Below the pieces are notes generated by a model. It saw only the letters and a list, made by a program, of their open reading frames with translations. It made no database searches and had not been told where the DNA came from. This document shows, piece by piece, positions 54,203-57,594 of a DNA stretch of 57,594 nucleotides (its first letter is position 1; every line of letters begins with the position of its first letter). Source of the stretch: an uncultured Prolixibacteraceae bacterium (GTDB lineage: Bacteria; Bacteroidota; Bacteroidia; Bacteroidales; FEN-979); contig CAYHCQ010000004.1 of NCBI GenBank assembly GCA_964355115.1, positions 1-57,594 on the forward strand. Reading direction: 5' to 3'. The translations under genes were made by a program, and so were the position numbers.

Positions 54203-54824
54203 CAGCGATGGGTTGGTTGATTTTTTTTGCCCTGAACTCGATCCGGGTATAGTCGCCTGAGGCTTCGCGCATCACAAGCCTTTCAACGGAGTAGTCGTTT
54301 TTGTTGAAATAGAGGATTATTTCGCTCAGCGACTCCCTGATTTTTGAATTCTGAGGGATGAGTTTGACAGCATACCAGCTCCTTGCATCGGAATAACTGG
54401 CCTGGAATTTTTTTGGGTCCGCCAGCAGTGTTCCCTGCACCGCCCCGAGGATGATACCATTGATCTCCCGGAAAATCTTGTTCGACTGAACATTCACCTG
54501 TTTTTCTGTATTGTCGTCCTTCACCAGCATCTGCTCGCTGTTGATGACGATGAGGTAGGGGAAAGGCTCGGTATACTCCCAGCGTAGCTTTTTCTCTTTT
54601 TTAAAGTAGAATTTGCCTTTCGATGTGATCTTCTCCGACAGTACGCTCATCTCTTTCTCCTGAACGAAGTCACTTTCGATGGTGTTTGTCCGTTTGGCCG
54701 TCTCCTGCACCTTCTGCCTGATCATCTCTGCCTCTTTCGGAGGAATCTGCTGCTGTTGCTGGGCCATGCCTGCAAAGCATAGCAAGATCATCAGCAAAAA
54801 GGGAAATAGTGTTTTGTTATTCAT
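54180..54824 (-). CDS. LolA-like outer-membrane lipoprotein carrier family protein
   Basis: 214 aa with a signal peptide. The pattern SDFVQEKEMSVLSEKITSKGKFYFKKEKKLRWEYTEPFPYLIVINSEQMLV is typical of LolA-like proteins. Confidence 0.65.
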   Translation of the reverse strand: MNNKTLFPFLLMILLCFAGMAQQQQQIPPKEAEMIRQKVQETAKRTNTIESDFVQEKEMSVLSEKITSKGKFYFKKEKKLRWEYTEPFPYLIVINSEQMLVKDDNTEKQVNVQSNKIFREINGIILGAVQGTLLADPKKFQASYSDARSWYAVKLIPQNSKIRESLSEIILYFNKNDYSVERLVMREASGDYTRIEFRAKKINQPIADEKFLIP

Positions 54825-55632
54825 ACGCCGGCAAATTTACCAGTTTTTCCAATGGTACAACCTCCAGTCCCTGCTGACGGATGCTGATGAGCACCCGGTC
54901 GAGAATTTCCGCCGTCACCCGCTGCGTATCGTGCATCAGGATGATATCACCGGACTTAAGTTTGTCGGTGATGCGAAGGTATAGCCGCTCCGGATCGCTG
55001 ATGGCTGTATCAAGCGACCATCGGCTCCAGGCGATGACCGCGTAACCTGTTCTCCGCAATCCGCCACTCACCATGGGGTTGATAACGCCATACGGCGGAC
55101 GGAAGAATTTAACATTTTTCCCGGTAACCGACCGGATCAATGATTCGGTTTTCAGCAGGTCGCGGTGAATCAGGAATGGCGGCCAGAAATCCCACAGTTT
55201 AGTATGGGAATAGGAATGGTTGCCCAGGATATGTCCTTCGGCATTGATTCTCTTTATCAGCTCTTCATTTCCGGGTATTTTACGGCCGATCAGGAAGAAT
55301 GTGGCAGGAACGCCGTGTTTTCTGAGCACTTCGAGGATCGCCGGGGTAGTGTCAGGGTCGGGACCATCGTCGAAAGTGATGGAAATATTTTTGTCATCCC
55401 TGCTGCCCCGGCATATCACAGGATGGTGAAACTGCGAACAGGGCATGAACGAGAGAATTACCGGAACGATGAGGTAGGTCAATACCAGCGGGATATAAAA
55501 CCATGCCTGATATTTAAAGAAAAAGCCGGTTATCCCACCTTCACAGGGGCAGATTAGAAATCTTACCAGGTTGAACGTAAGTAAAATCAGGAAAAAGAGG
55601 AGGGTGGCCGTCCTGAAATTTACTCTTTTCAT
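54817..55632 (-). CDS. Polysaccharide deacetylase (NodB homology domain) with N-terminal TM segments
   Basis: 271 aa. NodB motifs ISITFDDGPDPD, GNHSYSH, FFRPPYG and ILMHD. Confidence 0.85.
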   Translation of the reverse strand: MKRVNFRTATLLFFLILLTFNLVRFLICPCEGGITGFFFKYQAWFYIPLVLTYLIVPVILSFMPCSQFHHPVICRGSRDDKNISITFDDGPDPDTTPAILEVLRKHGVPATFFLIGRKIPGNEELIKRINAEGHILGNHSYSHTKLWDFWPPFLIHRDLLKTESLIRSVTGKNVKFFRPPYGVINPMVSGGLRRTGYAVIAWSRWSLDTAISDPERLYLRITDKLKSGDIILMHDTQRVTAEILDRVLISIRQQGLEVVPLEKLVNLPAYE

Positions 55633-56726
55633 ACAGTGCCTGTGAGTGTAAAGGTATGTTCCAGGTTGCGGTAATGGTTCCAGATCAGGATATTTTTTAA
55701 AGGTCTGATGAATGATCCGCGGTAACGAGCCATTTCAGGAACCAGGGCATGGCGGAAGATCATGGAGGCCAGCCAGAGTGCAAAAATACCGGATGTGTGG
55801 AATTCACCGGAAAGATGCTTGAAGGCTGCGATATCTGAACCCTGAGGCAGGGTATCCATTGCTTCATGGTAAATTATATCACCTGATGGATCGCCGTTCA
55901 CTCCGAGGATGAAAAGATCGATATCGTTTACCGACAGACAATTGGCTTCAAGAAAACAGGTGATCTTGTGTAGGATCTCTTCCTTCCCGTTCGGTTTGTA
56001 TAGGGTGGTTACATCCCTGAGTGAGGCGATGGAGTGATCTGTTTTGCTTTCGGACAGCAGGAAAAATCCGGCACCTTCGCCGGCAATACTACCTCTGGTC
56101 GTATCTGCGTAAAGATCAGTAATCCCTGATGGATTCTTTTTCCAGTGGCCCAGACGCTGGGTAATGCGGAAAGCATTCGCAGTGAGTTCGTCCATTCCGC
56201 CAGCCAGAACGGTCCTTGCTTCGCCCGAACGGAGCCGGATCAATGAATCGATGAGGGCAGTCTCAAATGAAAATCCACGGTGACAATAGGTAAAGTTATA
56301 TGCGTGGCATTTGAGCAGCAGGGCAATCTGGCCGCTCACCGTGTTGTGTGTCGACTGGATAAACGAGGTAGGGGTGAGGAGTTCTTCGTTGTTTCGGATG
56401 AGCGTGGCCAGGAATTTCTCGGTATCCTCGAGGCAGCTCATCCCGGTGCCAGTTATGATTGCATCCGGCAATTCATACCCTGCATCCAGCATCCTGCAAC
56501 CTGCATCTTCAAGACAGATCTTCGCCGCCGAAATCCCCATCTTGATGATACGGCTCATCCGGCGAACCATGTCGCCTGCCACATAATCCTTATAATTGGG
56601 CTCCTGGATCTTGAAAAACTCGGGACCGGGAGGTACGATCTCATCCGGAAAACGTGAACTGTCGAGCGTTTTCTGCGCCGAAACCAGGCCGAGACCGTTG
56701 ATATATGCAGGTTTTTGTGAAATCAA
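55629..56726 (-). CDS. Beta-ketoacyl synthase-like protein lacking the active-site Cys context (chain-length-factor-like partner)
   Basis: 365 aa, thiolase-fold-like (INGLGLVSAQ..., ...ITGTGMSCLED...). There are no TACSSS, HGTGT or GHT motifs. The start is TTG, with an in-frame TAA 3 codons upstream. Confidence 0.65.
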   Translation of the reverse strand: MISQKPAYINGLGLVSAQKTLDSSRFPDEIVPPGPEFFKIQEPNYKDYVAGDMVRRMSRIIKMGISAAKICLEDAGCRMLDAGYELPDAIITGTGMSCLEDTEKFLATLIRNNEELLTPTSFIQSTHNTVSGQIALLLKCHAYNFTYCHRGFSFETALIDSLIRLRSGEARTVLAGGMDELTANAFRITQRLGHWKKNPSGITDLYADTTRGSIAGEGAGFFLLSESKTDHSIASLRDVTTLYKPNGKEEILHKITCFLEANCLSVNDIDLFILGVNGDPSGDIIYHEAMDTLPQGSDIAAFKHLSGEFHTSGIFALWLASMIFRHALVPEMARYRGSFIRPLKNILIWNHYRNLEHTFTLTGTV

Positions 56727-56743
56727 GACTATTTACGATTGAG

Positions 56744-56841
56744 TTGATAATTGATAATTGATAATTGACAATTGATAATGGACAATTGACAGTTGATAAT
56801 TAATTAACTCTTGACTCTTGACTCTTCACTTTTAACTCTTC
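56744..56841. repeat. 98-nt tract with strict 7-nt periodicity (9 TTGAYAA-type units then 5 ACTYTTN units) in the KS / CLF-like junction
   Basis: Reads ttgataa x3, ttgacaa, ttgataa, tggacaa, ttgacag, ttgataa, ttaatta, actcttg x2, actcttc, actttta, actcttc. The last units overlap the KS stop codon (56832-56834). Confidence 0.9.
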
Positions 56842-57594
56842 AAAATTATCGTCGAATTGTTGCCTCCAAACCCAAAAGAATTAGAGAGAACTGTATCAAC
56901 CGGCATCCGGAGCAACCCGGTCACCGGCCGGATATTCAGTTCCTTCATAGGAGTTGTCCAGTTCAGGTTGGGGAAGAGGCAGCTGTTCTGCATCGAGAGC
57001 AGAGAAATCACCGCCTCGATTGCCCCCGCTGCGCCCAGTGTATGACCTGTAAAAGCTTTGGTGGAGCTGAATGGGGGGACATTTTCCCCGAAAACCTTCT
57101 CGATGGCAACCCCTTCCGAGAGGTCATTGTTTTGCGTCCCGGTCCCGTGAACATTGATATAGCTGATCTGATCACACCTTAACCCGCTCATGGCCAAGGC
57201 TGCCTGCATGGCCAGTGTGGCCCCGGTCCCTTCGGGTGAAGAGGCGGTCTGGTGATAGGCATCGTTGGCGTTTCCGGAGCCGATAAGTTCGGCCAGCGGT
57301 TGTTTCCCGCTTTTTTCGATCATCTCCTCCGATTCCAGCACAACAAAGGCGGCTCCTTCGCCGATGGTAAGTCCGGCCCGATTTTCGTCGAACGGTTTAC
57401 AGCCTTCGCGGTCAAGTATCATAAGAGTATTAAAACCGTTGACAGTGAACCTGGTGGCAGAGTCTGTTCCGCCTGCAACCACACGGTCGATCATCCCGGC
57501 TTTGATCATCTGGGCCCCCAGCATCATGGCATTGGCCGATGAACTGCAGGCGGTGCTGATCGTGGTCATGAAATCCCTGATCCCTGTGTAGTCG
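56832..57594 (-). CDS. Beta-ketoacyl-ACP synthase (Cys-His-His), 5' end beyond window
   Basis: The frame stays open upstream of the track Met (my reading: ...DYTGIRDFMTTISTACSSS...). Motifs TACSSS, NVHGTGTQNND and TGHTLGAAG. Confidence 0.9.
   Translation of the reverse strand, partial: DYTGIRDFMTTISTACSSSANAMMLGAQMIKAGMIDRVVAGGTDSATRFTVNGFNTLMILDREGCKPFDENRAGLTIGEGAAFVVLESEEMIEKSGKQPLAELIGSGNANDAYHQTASSPEGTGATLAMQAALAMSGLRCDQISYINVHGTGTQNNDLSEGVAIEKVFGENVPPFSSTKAFTGHTLGAAGAIEAVISLLSMQNSCLFPNLNWTTPMKELNIRPVTGLLRMPVDTVLSNSFGFGGNNSTIILKS

Larger units (their letters stand above)
20079..57594 (-). other. Biosynthetic gene cluster region: aryl-polyene/flexirubin-type lipid core with radical-SAM-rich tailoring (open at right window edge)
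   Basis: Contiguous, mostly overlapping or closely spaced genes for KS/CLF/ACP/DH/TE/AT, MMPL, LolA-like, GT2-DUF2062 and deacetylase. It also includes 4 B12-type rSAM, methyltransferases, a sulfotransferase and others. Confidence 0.7.

Noticed and set aside
56744-56841. Considered whether the heptad arrays (also 43149-43183, 50131-50172) are a CRISPR array or a minisatellite-type mobile element.
   Set aside because: The units are only 7 nt and directly abutting, with no spacers. There are no cas, transposase or integrase genes in the window and no terminal inverted repeats.
20079-57594. Calling the cluster a bona fide flexirubin cluster, or a ladderane-type cluster.
   Set aside because: No tyrosine/histidine ammonia-lyase or DarA/DarB-type genes are visible, so flexirubin proper is unsupported. 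The rSAM plus CrtI-like resemblance to the proposed ladderane genes is only an analogy. I kept the call as an 'aryl-polyene/flexirubin-type core with novel tailoring'.
1-57594. Scanned for rRNA, tRNA, transposases, integrases, toxin-antitoxin pairs and phage genes.
   Set aside because: None was recognisable. Intergenic regions are short, and no ORF has DDE, tyrosine-recombinase or phage-structural motifs. A tRNAscan/Infernal run would be needed for certainty.

Overview
This 57.6-kb window looks like Bacteroidota chromosomal DNA. The evidence is several TAnnTTTG promoter-like motifs, no obvious Shine-Dalgarno use, a CarboxypepD_reg-type TonB receptor, mutL-rhomboid-rhomboid-EEP synteny and flexirubin/aryl-polyene-type lipid genes. 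Almost everything is coded on the minus strand. There are three blocks. (1) 1-9659 is an AT-rich surface-polysaccharide locus. It holds two tandem GT2 genes, Wzy-like, Wzx-like, a LysM-containing Wzz/BY-kinase-like protein, a half-size TolC-like protein, a priming sugar transferase fused to a degenerate receiver domain, and a CheY-like regulator. (2) 9773-19990 is housekeeping: uvrB, an EEP-family membrane protein, two rhomboids, mutL, a small membrane protein, an amidohydrolase and a secreted protein. (3) 20079-57594 is the interesting part and runs off the right edge. It is a roughly 37.5-kb, tightly packed (many 1-8 nt overlaps) lipid biosynthetic supercluster. Its right half is a recognisable aryl-polyene/flexirubin-type type II FAS-like core: KS, CLF-like KS, NodB deacetylase, LolA-like, lipoprotein, FabZ-like dehydratase, hotdog thioesterase, GT2-DUF2062, MMPL exporter, acyltransferase and methyltransferase. 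That core is combined with four cobalamin-type radical SAM enzymes (one fused to a 3-hydroxyacyl-CoA dehydrogenase), a KASIII-like enzyme plus two crotonases, and a second AT-ACP-KS set. It also carries a CXXCH haem-binding protein, a CrtI-like flavoenzyme, a C45 Ntn acyltransferase, an O-methyltransferase and a PaaK-like ligase/ACP/BtrH-like/sulfotransferase module. Three gene junctions in this cluster are filled by tandem 7-nt repeats. A fourth heptad tract sits in frame exactly at the radical-SAM/dehydrogenase fusion point. I recognised no rRNA, tRNA, CRISPR array, transposase or integrase. All functional calls come from motifs read by eye in the supplied translations. No database search was possible.
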